In this document: positions 9,313 to 18,648 of the stretch, in pieces | Layout: every line of letters begins with the position of its first letter | Position numbering within the stretch: the first letter of the stretch is position 1 | Origin: a virus | Taxonomy: Duplodnaviria; Caudoviricetes | Virus record (IMG/VR): IMGVR_UViG_3300021978_000001 | Coordinates: 128,001-192,000 of that record | Reading direction: 5' to 3' (one strand) | Length of the DNA: 64,000 nucleotides | Notes under the pieces: generated by a model | The model's database searches: none | What the model was told of the DNA's origin: nothing | What the model saw: the letters and a program-made list of their open reading frames with translations, nothing else | Program-made: the position numbers and the translations under genes

Positions 9313-9389
9313 GAGGTTCTCCTTGTGATACAGGTGAAGTGAACGAACCATTCACACTTCCTATACCACAAGAAAGACTTGACGTAAAC

Positions 9390-9908
9390 TCAAAGTCGGC
9401 ATACCTGCCAGTGCAAGGGAGATGCCTCGAACAAACGCGCGGCGCCTTCCTCATCGTAAACAGGGTCCCGCTCCCAACCCAACCCACCGAGACCACACCC
9501 TACAGGGACCGTCACGTAATGATCGTATTCGAGACCATCCTTGACCAGGAGGCGCTGGAGCTGCAAGAGCGCCTTTTCGATCGCCTCATACGACGCATGC
9601 TGTGTCCCTGGCATACTAGCACGTGTCGCGTAGCGGTGTTGCGTGATCGCATTGACCACCGTGAGCTGTGGTGTCACTGGCACGAGTTGCACATCCCCGA
9701 CAAACATCTCGCGGAGCTTTTGGTTGGTGACCCCATCGAAGAGCTGTTGGTAGACGCGAAAGGCTTTCGGCCAGCGCTGCTTGACGATCTTTGCCACGCC
9801 CGCGCCCATAACACCTTGGGCGTTGCAGCCATGCATGAAGAGGATGTTCCCCTCCAATCCATTCATGTACTCGAAGACATCGGTGTTCTCGTGCAGCGTA
9901 AAAGGCAT
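9390..9908 (-). CDS. macrodomain protein (ADP-ribose/O-acetyl-ADPr hydrolase-like)
   Basis: HGCNAQGVMGAGVAK and GCGLGG macro motifs; SD GAGGAG before MPFTL. Confidence 0.9.
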   Translation of the reverse strand: MPFTLHENTDVFEYMNGLEGNILFMHGCNAQGVMGAGVAKIVKQRWPKAFRVYQQLFDGVTNQKLREMFVGDVQLVPVTPQLTVVNAITQHRYATRASMPGTQHASYEAIEKALLQLQRLLVKDGLEYDHYVTVPVGCGLGGLGWERDPVYDEEGAARLFEASPLHWQVCRL

Positions 9909-9964
9909 GGCCTCTCCTCTCCGTATGTAAGCCGGGGCTTTCTGTGTAGTAAGACAGCTCAAAG

Positions 9965-10012
9965 CAAAATATCCTATCCTATATCAGTGATGACAAGGGA
10001 TAGGATATTTTG
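9965..10012. terminator. 15-bp perfect inverted repeat, bidirectional terminator-like
   Basis: caaaatatcctatcc / ggataggatattttg with T-rich flanks on both strands. Confidence 0.6.
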
Positions 10013-10070
10013 TTGTGTACGATGGAAGTTGTGTACCACACGAACCTCGCAACGCCCATATATCGTGCAC

Positions 10071-10100
10071 AGATTACAGTTGTGATGCATAGGTTGTCAA
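10071..10100 (-). promoter_or_regulatory. sigma70-like promoter
   Basis: TTGACA-N18-TAATCT. Confidence 0.55.
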
Positions 10101-10109
10101 GAAGAAAAA

Positions 10110-10185
10110 TCGTGGTGGTGGGGGTCGAACCCACGACGGACCGGCTTTATGAGAGCCGCGCTCTAGCCATCTGAGCTACACCACG
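10110..10185 (-). tRNA. tRNA with CAT anticodon (elongator Met or Ile2)
   Basis: Cloverleaf, loop CTCATAA; C1-G72 paired so not initiator; 7-nt variable loop. Confidence 0.85.
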
Positions 10186-10199
10186 TCGGGAACTGGGGT

Positions 10200-10751
10200 T
10201 CAAGAAGAGAGCTTCCTGAGTCGTCTTACGAACGACCCCCAGGGTGCCCATAATTCCCTCGGTGCCACATAAAAATCAGTCGTGAACCCGCGCAAGCGAT
10301 CATGTCGCTTCTCGATACCCCAATGCTCCTGGGTCCCGCTGGACAAAACCATGACCTGGTGTGTGAACTGACTGACGCAGATCACAGCAGCAGGGCGCGG
10401 GTTCTTCGCATCCCAACCGGACACTGTATCGACGAAGATATGCTCGTAGGGAAAGTCACGAGGCGTGCGGAACATCACCTTGCGTGATTTGACCTCGAAG
10501 CTCAATTCGCGCTCCCAGGGATTCCCCTGATCATCCACGCTAGGGAGCTTCACGATCACATCCGAGTCTTCGAGGTATTCAGGAGCTTCGCTGACATGCT
10601 CGCGGAGCGTTTGCTTGGGCGTGTCCGCGTCAAAGCCCTCACGCCGCAAAAGCCCTGCAATGTAGCGCTCCCAGCGATGCCCCTCCGCGCATTCACGCAA
10701 GAACAGCTCATCGTTCTCGAACCAATCAGGTTGTTCCGCTGAATCCGACAT
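10200..10751 (-). CDS. PD-(D/E)xK nuclease-like protein
   Basis: E..GH.WE helix, DSDV and FEVKSR catalytic-type motifs. Confidence 0.6.
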   Translation of the reverse strand: MSDSAEQPDWFENDELFLRECAEGHRWERYIAGLLRREGFDADTPKQTLREHVSEAPEYLEDSDVIVKLPSVDDQGNPWERELSFEVKSRKVMFRTPRDFPYEHIFVDTVSGWDAKNPRPAAVICVSQFTHQVMVLSSGTQEHWGIEKRHDRLRGFTTDFYVAPRELWAPWGSFVRRLRKLSS

Positions 10752-11140
10752 CAGGACTCCCCGTCCTGTTGGCCCGATTGACCAGAGGACGCGCGACGAC
10801 CGAGGAGATCACGCTCGCGAATCAAGAGGTACTTGGCGCCCTCAAGTTCGATTTCGGTGCCGGAGCGCGGGCGGAACAGCACCACATCCCCAGCCTTGGT
10901 CATGAGCGGATCGTACTTGGGACCACAAGGCACCTCGATGACCGTCGAAGCGGACTCTTCGTAACGGATCTTCTGGCCTTCACGCTGGTGACCAGGACCC
11001 ACGGCGAGCACTTCCCCGAAGTACGCGGCGTTGGGGTCTTCCGTGATATTCACGACGAGACCTGAAGCAGTAGAGGTCTCGGGATCAGGGCGTTCGACCA
11101 GGACGTAATCGTGCATCGGCTCGAAGTTCAACTCAGACAT
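10751..11140 (-). CDS. groES: co-chaperonin GroES (Cpn10) with insertion
   Basis: PMHDYVLVE, TASGLV, GEVLAVGPG, GDVVLF...G.E.....YLLIRE.D. Confidence 0.9.
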   Translation of the reverse strand: MSELNFEPMHDYVLVERPDPETSTASGLVVNITEDPNAAYFGEVLAVGPGHQREGQKIRYEESASTVIEVPCGPKYDPLMTKAGDVVLFRPRSGTEIELEGAKYLLIRERDLLGRRASSGQSGQQDGES

Positions 11141-11155
11141 CTCTTCCTTCCTTTG

Positions 11156-11467
11156 TTAGTTCTGTTGGTTCTTGCGAGCGAGCGCGCTAGACAGGGCGCA
11201 CGCCGTTTCAGGGTAAGTCCCACCAAGCGTTTCCTGCATCACAAACAGGTCCTCGCGTCGGATACCAACACCGTTGTCCTGTCCTGCACAGGTGTCACGA
11301 GCGCGAGCCTTTTCCAACTCGACCTGGAGAGCTTTCGCATGATCACGAATACCAGGACTGATCGCGTCCCCGAGCATGAAAAACACATCCTCGAACGCGT
11401 TGGGATCATCGACGATGATATTGACAAGCGTCTGGAGCTGATTGTGCGTTTTGGAATCCATCATCAA
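11156..11467 (-). CDS. hypothetical protein
   Basis: 103-aa ORF in operon. Confidence 0.65.
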   Translation of the reverse strand: MMMDSKTHNQLQTLVNIIVDDPNAFEDVFFMLGDAISPGIRDHAKALQVELEKARARDTCAGQDNGVGIRREDLFVMQETLGGTYPETACALSSALARKNQQN

Positions 11468-11488
11468 AGCCTCTTGGTGGGTGTCGGA

Positions 11489-11743
11489 CTATAACAGCTC
11501 GACCTCTTCAGGTAAACACATCGAAGCGGTACCTGTCAAGTCAAAGCGTATGGTAGGCAAGATCGCACCATCATGGTAGTGCCCCACGTATACCACCGTA
11601 CCCGTATCCCCGGCCAACGCATGTACCCACCCCGACTCTCCAGGGGAGGCCAGGGGGTCAATAGGCACATCCTGCTCTACAATCGCACAGACAGCACGCA
11701 CACGCTGTCCCTCTTCCCACGCTCGCATATTCGTCTCTCTCAT
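11489..11743 (-). CDS. hypothetical SH3-like small protein
   Basis: GQRVRA...GDTGTVV...IRFD pattern. Confidence 0.6.
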   Translation of the reverse strand: MRETNMRAWEEGQRVRAVCAIVEQDVPIDPLASPGESGWVHALAGDTGTVVYVGHYHDGAILPTIRFDLTGTASMCLPEEVELL

Positions 11744-11806
11744 CCGTTGGGTAAATCTATAAGACCAGGATAAGAATAATGCGAAAAGCCGTCAAGAAAG
11801 AAGTGG

Positions 11807-12283
11807 TCATACCAGGCGCCATTTCTGAAGAAACAGAAGATCGTCTTGCCTCATCAAGACCACAAACGGGTCCCGCATATAGCACATCATAACATGCGTC
11901 TCCCAGCACTGCACCTCGTGACCACAGTGCAGCTCCATGGATTGCCCATGGGTATCCATCCAGGTATTCACCACGTAGGGCATAAACGAGTTGATGATGG
12001 ACTGGGACTCCGCGTAAGGGCACAGGATATGCGTGACCGCGAGATCCTCAAGCATCTTCACCGTGTCAGGAGCATACGTGAGGAAATCACCCATGCAAGG
12101 CGCCTCGCCTTGTGTCCGGTATAGAGCATCGACAACTTGAGACAGGGGCGAGATCTCGGGGTCCAACCCATGTTGCATCTTGAGACGACACTCGAAGGTC
12201 CCGAAGTAATTCTCGATGGCCACTACAAGGCCCTCCAACGTAGCAAGAACTGAGGCTCCTCTTTCGTACCCGTGCGCTGGCAA
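11807..12283 (-). CDS. hypothetical protein (start uncertain)
   Basis: ORF fills the gap; overlaps the next gene by 60 nt. Confidence 0.5.
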   Translation of the reverse strand: MPAHGYERGASVLATLEGLVVAIENYFGTFECRLKMQHGLDPEISPLSQVVDALYRTQGEAPCMGDFLTYAPDTVKMLEDLAVTHILCPYAESQSIINSFMPYVVNTWMDTHGQSMELHCGHEVQCWETHVMMCYMRDPFVVLMRQDDLLFLQKWRLV

Positions 12284-12732
12284 TAGCTGCGCCAGACCTT
12301 TTCTTTCCAGGAAGCGATCTCGATGTCATCGAGGTCGCCCTCATGCTGTCCCACGCACCCGATGGCGGTTCCGAAGAAGACAGTGTTCTCATCGTCGGGA
12401 TACAAGAAGCGGAGCTTCATACCAGGAAAGAGTTCTTCATCCTGTGCATTATCAAGGAAGTTGTCCTTGTACACCCTGCCATCAGGAACTCCGAGGTTTT
12501 CACGCAGGCTTGTCTGTAGGAGGGAGGGGAAAGGAGCCAGATCGAGGTAGATCTTGACCTTGGCGATCGACATTCCACAGAAGGAACAGAAACGTTCGGC
12601 GTCAGTGGGTGTCCGCTCGGGGAGCACACAGACGGCCTTACCACATCGCTTGATGTGGTGGTGTACTTCCTCACACCAGTGCAGTTTCAGGGGGATGCCT
12701 GCATAGACCAGGGCGCTGTATCGGGTACTCAT
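12223..12732 (-). CDS. hypothetical zinc-binding protein
   Basis: C..C and FCSFCG motifs. Confidence 0.65.
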   Translation of the reverse strand: MSTRYSALVYAGIPLKLHWCEEVHHHIKRCGKAVCVLPERTPTDAERFCSFCGMSIAKVKIYLDLAPFPSLLQTSLRENLGVPDGRVYKDNFLDNAQDEELFPGMKLRFLYPDDENTVFFGTAIGCVGQHEGDLDDIEIASWKEKVWRSYCQRTGTKEEPQFLLRWRAL

Positions 12733-12750
12733 GATCGACTCTACGGGAAG

Positions 12751-12823
12751 CCGGGGCGACAGGACTCGAACCTGCGACCTCTTGATTCGGAATCAAGTGC
12801 TCATCCAACTGAGCTACGCCCCG
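12751..12823 (-). tRNA. trnR: tRNA-Arg(CCG)
   Basis: Cloverleaf, loop TTCCGAA. Confidence 0.95.
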
Positions 12824-12826
12824 AAG

Positions 12827-12900
12827 CGAGGGTGGCAGGACTCGAACCCGCACCGCCGTGGTTAGAAGCCACGCATCCTATCCGGTTGGACCACACCCTC
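12827..12900 (-). tRNA. trnR: tRNA-Arg(TCT)
   Basis: Cloverleaf, loop CTTCTAA. Confidence 0.95.
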
Positions 12901-12925
12901 GGGATAGAAACGCGGCGCGATTGCT

Positions 12926-13657
12926 TTACATTTCCCCGCTGCCACCACACGCGCGACAGGGGCTTACTTCGACGAGACCAACATACTTGCCACTGCCCTT
13001 GCAATCCCCACATCGCTGGTAAGTGGAGGGGATGAGTTCGGAAGTCTCCGGGAGAGAGGGAAACACCACCTTATTCACCAACCCATAAGGGTCAACCGCC
13101 AAAGCGTAGCGTCCCGTTCTACCTAGCGCGTGAGAGGCATACATCCAACCCATAGCCCTGGAGCCTAGATCATTGCCAAAAGGTGTACCGTTGAGATGCA
13201 CCACATACGCTACATTGTGAGGACACTCGATGGCCAGATGTCGTTCCACATCGAGCGAGATGCCCTGAGCTTCCAATTCAGAGCGCAACCCTTCGGACAA
13301 GATGATCGCATGGTCAGCATGAGCCGTCAGGTGTGCGAGGATATTGTCAGGTTCCCACTCCCATGCATCTCGTCCACGTTGGTTAGCCACCACTTGAAAG
13401 CACCCTTCCATCACTCCCTCAGAGAGAAGCGACTTCAGCATATGCGGTCTTTCTCTAAATGGGCGGTCACGGTCCGGCGCCAGGTAGGGCGCGTCACGCA
13501 AGGTCAACTGCAACTCCTGGATACCATTACAATCCATGTGAAGGTGGCAACCATTGGCATCACATGTCACCAACGCCTCGGGATAAGGCGACTTCACAGA
13601 AACGATGATGTCAGCGGACAGAGTGAAACACGTTTTTCCGTTAAGCAAAGAACCCAT
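12926..13657 (-). CDS. hypothetical protein with C-terminal DnaJ-type CxxCxGxG zinc finger
   Basis: CGDCKGSGKYVGLV...CRACGGSG. Confidence 0.75.
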   Translation of the reverse strand: MGSLLNGKTCFTLSADIIVSVKSPYPEALVTCDANGCHLHMDCNGIQELQLTLRDAPYLAPDRDRPFRERPHMLKSLLSEGVMEGCFQVVANQRGRDAWEWEPDNILAHLTAHADHAIILSEGLRSELEAQGISLDVERHLAIECPHNVAYVVHLNGTPFGNDLGSRAMGWMYASHALGRTGRYALAVDPYGLVNKVVFPSLPETSELIPSTYQRCGDCKGSGKYVGLVEVSPCRACGGSGEM

Positions 13658-13697
13658 ACCAGAACCTCTCGTGTGGTTTGTTCATGAGACACAAGAG

Positions 13698-13727
13698 GCT
13701 ATAACACTAGGTAGGATCATTCGTCAA
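13698..13727 (-). promoter_or_regulatory. sigma70-like promoter overlapping an SD-pairing inverted repeat
   Basis: TTGACG-N18-TATAGC; IR cctctcgtgt/acacaagagg at 13665-13698. Confidence 0.5.
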
Positions 13728-14235
13728 GTAAATAAAGGATAGAAGACTGCTGCGGCGCGGTGAGGTCTCGGTTTTTTGTACAGACAAGAGCAAACCCACG
13801 AAGAGGTGTGGGGAGGTCCACCTTGACCAGCCACAAGGCGGCGCCCCACCATGTACCCTCGGTATATCGAGAAGCAGGCGCTTGGGAGGCGTGGAGGCTC
13901 TCAAGACAGGGAGCGGCAGCGCCTATGTGCACACCAATCGTGCTCTCCTCACACCAGGAACAGCTCATAATGACATGAGTAACGCGCTGGTCATGTTGCT
14001 CCACATCGGAAAAGAGGTCCGCCAGCATGCCCAGACCGGCTGTATAACGGAAGCGGTCTGCTGAACGAATATGAGAAGGAAGGTTAGGAGTGAAAGAGAA
14101 GGGACGCGCGCGCGTCTCCCGGGTCTGGTTGAGCGCATGCACACAGTCTGTCAGCACAGAAGGGAGCCAGGTGTCCAAGGCTTGTCCGAGGCGAATGATC
14201 TTCGCCTCCTCTTCGGTCACCCAATACAAGGGCAT
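13717..14235 (-). CDS. hypothetical protein
   Basis: 172-aa ORF, SD GGAG. Confidence 0.65.
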   Translation of the reverse strand: MPLYWVTEEEAKIIRLGQALDTWLPSVLTDCVHALNQTRETRARPFSFTPNLPSHIRSADRFRYTAGLGMLADLFSDVEQHDQRVTHVIMSCSWCEESTIGVHIGAAAPCLESLHASQAPASRYTEGTWWGAALWLVKVDLPTPLRGFALVCTKNRDLTAPQQSSILYLLDE

Positions 14236-14266
14236 AACTCTACTCCTGTACGTTACTCAGGAAAAG

Positions 14267-14341
14267 GGTGACTGACGGGGATCGAACCCGCGACCTCTGG
14301 TACCACAAACCAGCGCTCTAACCAACTGAGCTACAGCCACC
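14267..14341 (-). tRNA. trnH: tRNA-His(GTG)
   Basis: Cloverleaf with G-1:C73, loop TTGTGGT. Confidence 0.95.
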
Positions 14342-14372
14342 ATGTGATCAGACAATACCGACCATCGAGACT

Positions 14373-14828
14373 TTATGCCTCATCTTCGAGAGCCGGACCT
14401 TCGAGAAGTTGAACAAAAGCGTCCCAATCATTCACGTCGCGCTTGTGCTTCTGGATAAGCGTGGCGGTCCTGGCCCGCTCACGCGGCGACACAAGAGACG
14501 CAGGGTGAGCACCTCTCCATTTCCTCACGACCAGATGCATGGGGATCGTGAACCACAGATACTCTTCCGAGTCCTGCGAGAATTGAACAGAGAATCCAAT
14601 TCTGTTCCAACCAGGGTGATCAGCCGACAGGAGGATATAAGGTGCAGTCGGATGACAAGTGTAGATACCCTCGAATAGCTCTAATACCGAAGTGCATAAC
14701 ACCTCATGAGCGTCCATGAACGGAAGACCCAGGCCCGGATCAATGGACAACCCTTCCCTGGCCGCCCGACACCGTACCTGCACGTCAGATGCATCTGCAT
14801 CCCAATAGCGAAACGCGTTGATAAGCAT
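14373..14828 (-). CDS. hypothetical protein, MLINAF paralog 1
   Basis: Shares N-terminus and G.YTC..RIGF.VQ motifs with the next gene. Confidence 0.75.
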   Translation of the reverse strand: MLINAFRYWDADASDVQVRCRAAREGLSIDPGLGLPFMDAHEVLCTSVLELFEGIYTCHPTAPYILLSADHPGWNRIGFSVQFSQDSEEYLWFTIPMHLVVRKWRGAHPASLVSPRERARTATLIQKHKRDVNDWDAFVQLLEGPALEDEA

Positions 14829-15271
14829 CAGGTAGTCTCCTCTGGGTTCTCCAACCCCAACATCCTCGCGAACAGCACCCAGGAGTTGTGATTCTTCTTA
14901 TGCTCCAAGATCATCTGCGCAAACTGTTGACGTCCATCTGCCGTGCGAAACTGCACCGCGCGTCCATGACCCCAAGCCTTGAGCACGGTGAGAGGCACCT
15001 GAAACGTCATCTCGTGATCTTGTGTATGAGAGAGCTGTACGTGAAAACCGATGCGACGTGCGCGCGGATCATCACGCGACTCGACACTCACAAAGTGCCC
15101 ATCCTGGCACGTATAGACGCCCTGGAACAACTCGTGCATCGCCTGACAAACGATAGTGACGCCTGATCCTTCACGATTCAGGGCAAAGTAATCCGGGTGC
15201 CAGCGATGCGGAGTGTTTTCGTGAGCATACTCTTCGGGGTAGCCCCACCGACGAAACGCGTTGATAAGCAT
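14828..15271 (-). CDS. hypothetical protein, MLINAF paralog 2
   Basis: Start placed at MLINAFRR (the longer ORF runs through tRNA-Cys). Confidence 0.75.
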   Translation of the reverse strand: MLINAFRRWGYPEEYAHENTPHRWHPDYFALNREGSGVTIVCQAMHELFQGVYTCQDGHFVSVESRDDPRARRIGFHVQLSHTQDHEMTFQVPLTVLKAWGHGRAVQFRTADGRQQFAQMILEHKKNHNSWVLFARMLGLENPEETT

Positions 15272-15330
15272 GCAGGAACCCTGTGCTATTGGACCTTGTA
15301 ATACTGGACCGTGTGATCTGTGATTTAGAG

Positions 15331-15404
15331 AGGTGAAGGTGGGAGTCGAACCCACAACAAACCAGGGTTGCAATCTGGCGCCCCGCCACCGGGACATCTT
15401 CACC
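15331..15404 (-). tRNA. trnC: tRNA-Cys(GCA)
   Basis: Cloverleaf, loop TTGCAAC, U73. Confidence 0.9.
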
Positions 15405-15437
15405 TCAGCATGGCGTGATCAGGAAAACCAGCCAAAG

Positions 15438-15510
15438 TATCGCCACGGGGACTCGAACCCCGACCTTGAACGTGAAAGGCTCATGTCCTGACCAGTTAGA
15501 CGATGGCGAC
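15438..15510 (-). tRNA. trnE: tRNA-Glu(TTC)
   Basis: Cloverleaf, loop CTTTCAC. Confidence 0.9.
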
Positions 15511-15541
15511 GTCGAGGTCTACAACACGAGCAAAGCCACCC

Positions 15542-15949
15542 TCATTCCCCCGCGTCGGGGGATGTGCCCTTGATCTTGACGGGGCGAAGCTCCAAGGTCG
15601 TATGCACATAGGGTCTGTAATCGAAAGGCGCAAGGCTCGTGTTCGGAGTCTGCACCATGAGACGCAGGGTAGGTGTCTTTCCAGGGTCCGATAAAGCATG
15701 ATCACACAGCTCGCGCAACTTCCTTGCATCAAACCCTACCTCATCCCAGGCAGAAGAGTCTGTCCTGGATACAAACGCGTTCGCGGTAAAGAACACCCGC
15801 ACGTCTTTCCCTTCCATTTCAGGAATCGCACAACGATCTCGGAGTCGATTGAGATACGCTTCGAGCGCCTCGAACGCAGACCACCACACCTCACAGGGAT
15901 ATGCAGGGTGTTTGGGTTGAATAAACGCTTCGACGAGCCAGGCCATCAT
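15542..15949 (-). CDS. hypothetical protein
   Basis: Start at MMAWL with ATGA overlap to the upstream gene. Confidence 0.65.
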   Translation of the reverse strand: MMAWLVEAFIQPKHPAYPCEVWWSAFEALEAYLNRLRDRCAIPEMEGKDVRVFFTANAFVSRTDSSAWDEVGFDARKLRELCDHALSDPGKTPTLRLMVQTPNTSLAPFDYRPYVHTTLELRPVKIKGTSPDAGE

Positions 15950-16257
15950 GCTTTTCCCCGATCGTCTGTGTCTTCTGTATGGAGCGTGCGACTCGTGCGG
16001 CCCTGGTACCAATCCTCAAGGATCATGTATGTGAACCCACCGACCAGCATGGGCATCGTCAAGGTGACCGCACATGCCGTAGCAACGCTCTCGCCCGCAT
16101 CGAGACACTTGGCCTTGATATGAGGGCGCAAGGGCTTGGGAGAAATCGCTGCGGCGCCTATGGCCATGAGCTTCGAGGTCTCCTGGATGAGGTAGGGGAC
16201 CGTGGTGTAGAACTTCTCCGAGAAGGCCGTATCATCGAAGGGTGACCTGAACTTCAT
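15946..16257 (-). CDS. small membrane protein
   Basis: C-terminal hydrophobic helix; coupled overlaps. Confidence 0.6.
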   Translation of the reverse strand: MKFRSPFDDTAFSEKFYTTVPYLIQETSKLMAIGAAAISPKPLRPHIKAKCLDAGESVATACAVTLTMPMLVGGFTYMILEDWYQGRTSRTLHTEDTDDRGKA

Positions 16258-16616
16258 AATTCTTCCTGATTTGCAGGGTTAGGGTTGCGAGGGCTTCGGA
16301 TACGATCACGCTCGCGTCTATGACGGTTGCCGATCTTGTCAAGCACTGTAGCATACCCGTACATCCCGACCCCCACAGGGATCATCGTGGCACAGTACAC
16401 CGACAAGGCCAGTCCCGTCCCTAGACCGAGCGCCGCGAAATCCACGACATACCCGAACTCATCTTTGGTGGCCTTGTTGAAACCATAAGCGGCCATCGCA
16501 AAACCGCGTTGGATGCAGAAGGGTACAAACGAAGTGACCGCATCGAGCGGTCCGTTCGCCTCTTTGGGAGAAGGAAAGAAGACAAGCATGAACACCTCTC
16601 GTGATGAACAGTTCAA
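16254..16616 (-). CDS. small membrane protein
   Basis: Gly-rich hydrophobic hairpin. Confidence 0.6.
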   Translation of the reverse strand: MNCSSREVFMLVFFPSPKEANGPLDAVTSFVPFCIQRGFAMAAYGFNKATKDEFGYVVDFAALGLGTGLALSVYCATMIPVGVGMYGYATVLDKIGNRHRRERDRIRSPRNPNPANQEEL

Positions 16617-16867
16617 TCACGTACTGCGTCATACACCATCACTGCGGTCATCGCAGGAAAGGCACAGACACCGTATGCTATCACAGAGAGGGTACCTCCC
16701 ACAAACGAAACCGTAAAGCCCAGTGCCTCTCCTACGATAGGCACTGGGTCGAGCTGTTTGGCAGCGGCCTTGCTCACGCTCCCGATCACCCAGGAAGGCG
16801 CAGGTGCAATGTGATCGAGATAGAAACGCAGACCTGCATCCACGCAATCGTCCAACTTCTCTGCCAT
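16613..16867 (-). CDS. small membrane protein
   Basis: Gly-rich hydrophobic hairpin; SD AGGAG. Confidence 0.65.
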   Translation of the reverse strand: MAEKLDDCVDAGLRFYLDHIAPAPSWVIGSVSKAAAKQLDPVPIVGEALGFTVSFVGGTLSVIAYGVCAFPAMTAVMVYDAVRD

Positions 16868-16895
16868 AGCTCTTTACTCCTCATGGATATGCTGC

Positions 16896-18431
16896 TTACG
16901 CGCCCGCATCACGAGTGATGGTCGCGCCACCAAGCGAGTTATCTACCGTGCCACCATACACCGTACCACCCAGGACGTTGACCGTCGCGGCGCCGTTGAC
17001 GATGAGCCCTCCCATGATCTCACAACCACGGAAGTTTACGGTGCCATCGGTATCCAGGGTCACCGATCCCACAAAGACGACCCCGTTGAAGTCCGCGTTC
17101 CCATCTGTGATGACTGTATCACCGCGCACGGTGCCCCCGTTCACAGTAAGGGTCGTCCCTTCCTTGGTGAGATCATTACACTGCAAGGTATCGACAACGA
17201 AGCGGTTACCCCCAAAGATCGTGAGGTTGCCCCCAACGTTCAAGTGCTGGAAGCGCACGGGATAGTTGGGGCTATCCATCTTGAAGTAACGGAAGAACGC
17301 ATCACGATGAACATCAAGTCGCTGCGGGCTGAACAACGCAGTGCTGTTCCCCGCGTGCCCATCAAAAGCAAGGGTACCTGGAATCACACGAGGGCCTGAA
17401 TCCAGCAACCCCCAACCCGAATTTGACGATGCAGGTCCGAGAGTTGCGTCGTTTTTATTTGCAATCACCCAAACATCACGATCGCTGGCATCTACCGTCG
17501 AAGCGATCTGGCACTCAGCATCCCAATCCACACGAGACTCTGCAAAGGCAAAGCCCTTGGCCTGAGGAATCACCGTCACATCCTTCCCAAAGTAAGCGGA
17601 ATCCACGCTCTGGAACCAGACGTTACGCAAGAGGCACGCATCGATCTCCAGATCTTCTACATCCTCCCCGAGCACGCCAAAGGCATACAGCTCGTTCGGG
17701 TAAAGGTTGCGCAGATAAACCTCTTCTACTGGAGACAGCGAATCATCGGTGAACACCGTGAAGTCTTCTCCCGTGTACGTGTAAACGCCATCTCCATCCA
17801 CATCCCAAGTAGGCCCGCCTGCGGTATACCAGGCAAAGGCTTCTGCCTGTGTTGCGTTGGTGATCAGTATCGCCGTAAACAGGTTGAAGGTGCTCTTGTG
17901 TACGGGAAGCTCGGCACCGATCACGCGGGTATTGGAGCGGTTTACCACCAAAACCGAATCCTCCAGCGTATCTCCGTAAACAGGTGACCACCCATTGTTC
18001 ACACTGAGAGGGGGACCCACATCGACGACCTGCTTACCAATCACCACTTCAAGCGTGATCACAGGGTCGAGCACCTCTCTACCCCAGTCGATTGCAGCTT
18101 GCGGGTGAGCAAACAGGGTATTCAAGGGGTCGAGGACCGCAGCTTCGTTATCCCCCAACATCTTGTCCACGTTCACGCGGACCACATTGTACATGTTGGA
18201 GTCTTGCTCCTGGACGGTCAGGAAGCCCGCTTCGAGGAAGCCACGCAGGGTACCCTGAGAGTAGGAGTAGTACACCACAGGATCGTTGAGGTCGAACGCG
18301 ACGCTCTCACCAGGTGCAATATAACGCGGCGTCTCAGGGTTCGCGTCCTTTTGCTCGTCATCGCGATCGAGATCATTGACATAGAGAGTAGAATCAACCG
18401 TGGACGTGTGCTTTACAAGAATCATCGACAT
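16896..18431 (-). CDS. putative virion protein with C-terminal beta-helix
   Basis: 511 aa; C-terminal repeating G/V/T/N strands (GGTVRGDTVITDG...GGTVYGGTV). Confidence 0.65.
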   Translation of the reverse strand: MSMILVKHTSTVDSTLYVNDLDRDDEQKDANPETPRYIAPGESVAFDLNDPVVYYSYSQGTLRGFLEAGFLTVQEQDSNMYNVVRVNVDKMLGDNEAAVLDPLNTLFAHPQAAIDWGREVLDPVITLEVVIGKQVVDVGPPLSVNNGWSPVYGDTLEDSVLVVNRSNTRVIGAELPVHKSTFNLFTAILITNATQAEAFAWYTAGGPTWDVDGDGVYTYTGEDFTVFTDDSLSPVEEVYLRNLYPNELYAFGVLGEDVEDLEIDACLLRNVWFQSVDSAYFGKDVTVIPQAKGFAFAESRVDWDAECQIASTVDASDRDVWVIANKNDATLGPASSNSGWGLLDSGPRVIPGTLAFDGHAGNSTALFSPQRLDVHRDAFFRYFKMDSPNYPVRFQHLNVGGNLTIFGGNRFVVDTLQCNDLTKEGTTLTVNGGTVRGDTVITDGNADFNGVVFVGSVTLDTDGTVNFRGCEIMGGLIVNGAATVNVLGGTVYGGTVDNSLGGATITRDAGA

Positions 18432-18500
18432 GATGGTGCCTCATTTGGGAAGTAGGAAGGACATCAACTCCCACCTTTACACCACTGCGACTATATAAAT

Positions 18501-18562
18501 AAAAAAAGCCCGGCGAAGCGTGTAGCTTCAGTGCAAGACCAAAACCAAACGCATCACCGGGC
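18501..18562 (-). terminator. long-stem intrinsic terminator after tRNA-Pro
   Basis: GCCCGGTGA/TCGCCGGGC plus GCGT/ACGC, followed by T7. Confidence 0.65.
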
Positions 18563-18571
18563 GGGTTAGAA

Positions 18572-18643
18572 TCTGGATGGCAGGAATCGAACCTGCGTGG
18601 ACGTGCTCCCAAAGCACGTGGACAACCATTATCCCACATCCAG
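18572..18643 (-). tRNA. trnP: tRNA-Pro(TGG)
   Basis: Cloverleaf, loop TTTGGGA. Confidence 0.9.
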
Positions 18644-18648
18644 TTATG

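Noticed and set aside
15272-15403. N-terminal extension of the 14828-15403 ORF
   Set aside because: Runs through tRNA-Cys; the paralog defines the start at MLINAF
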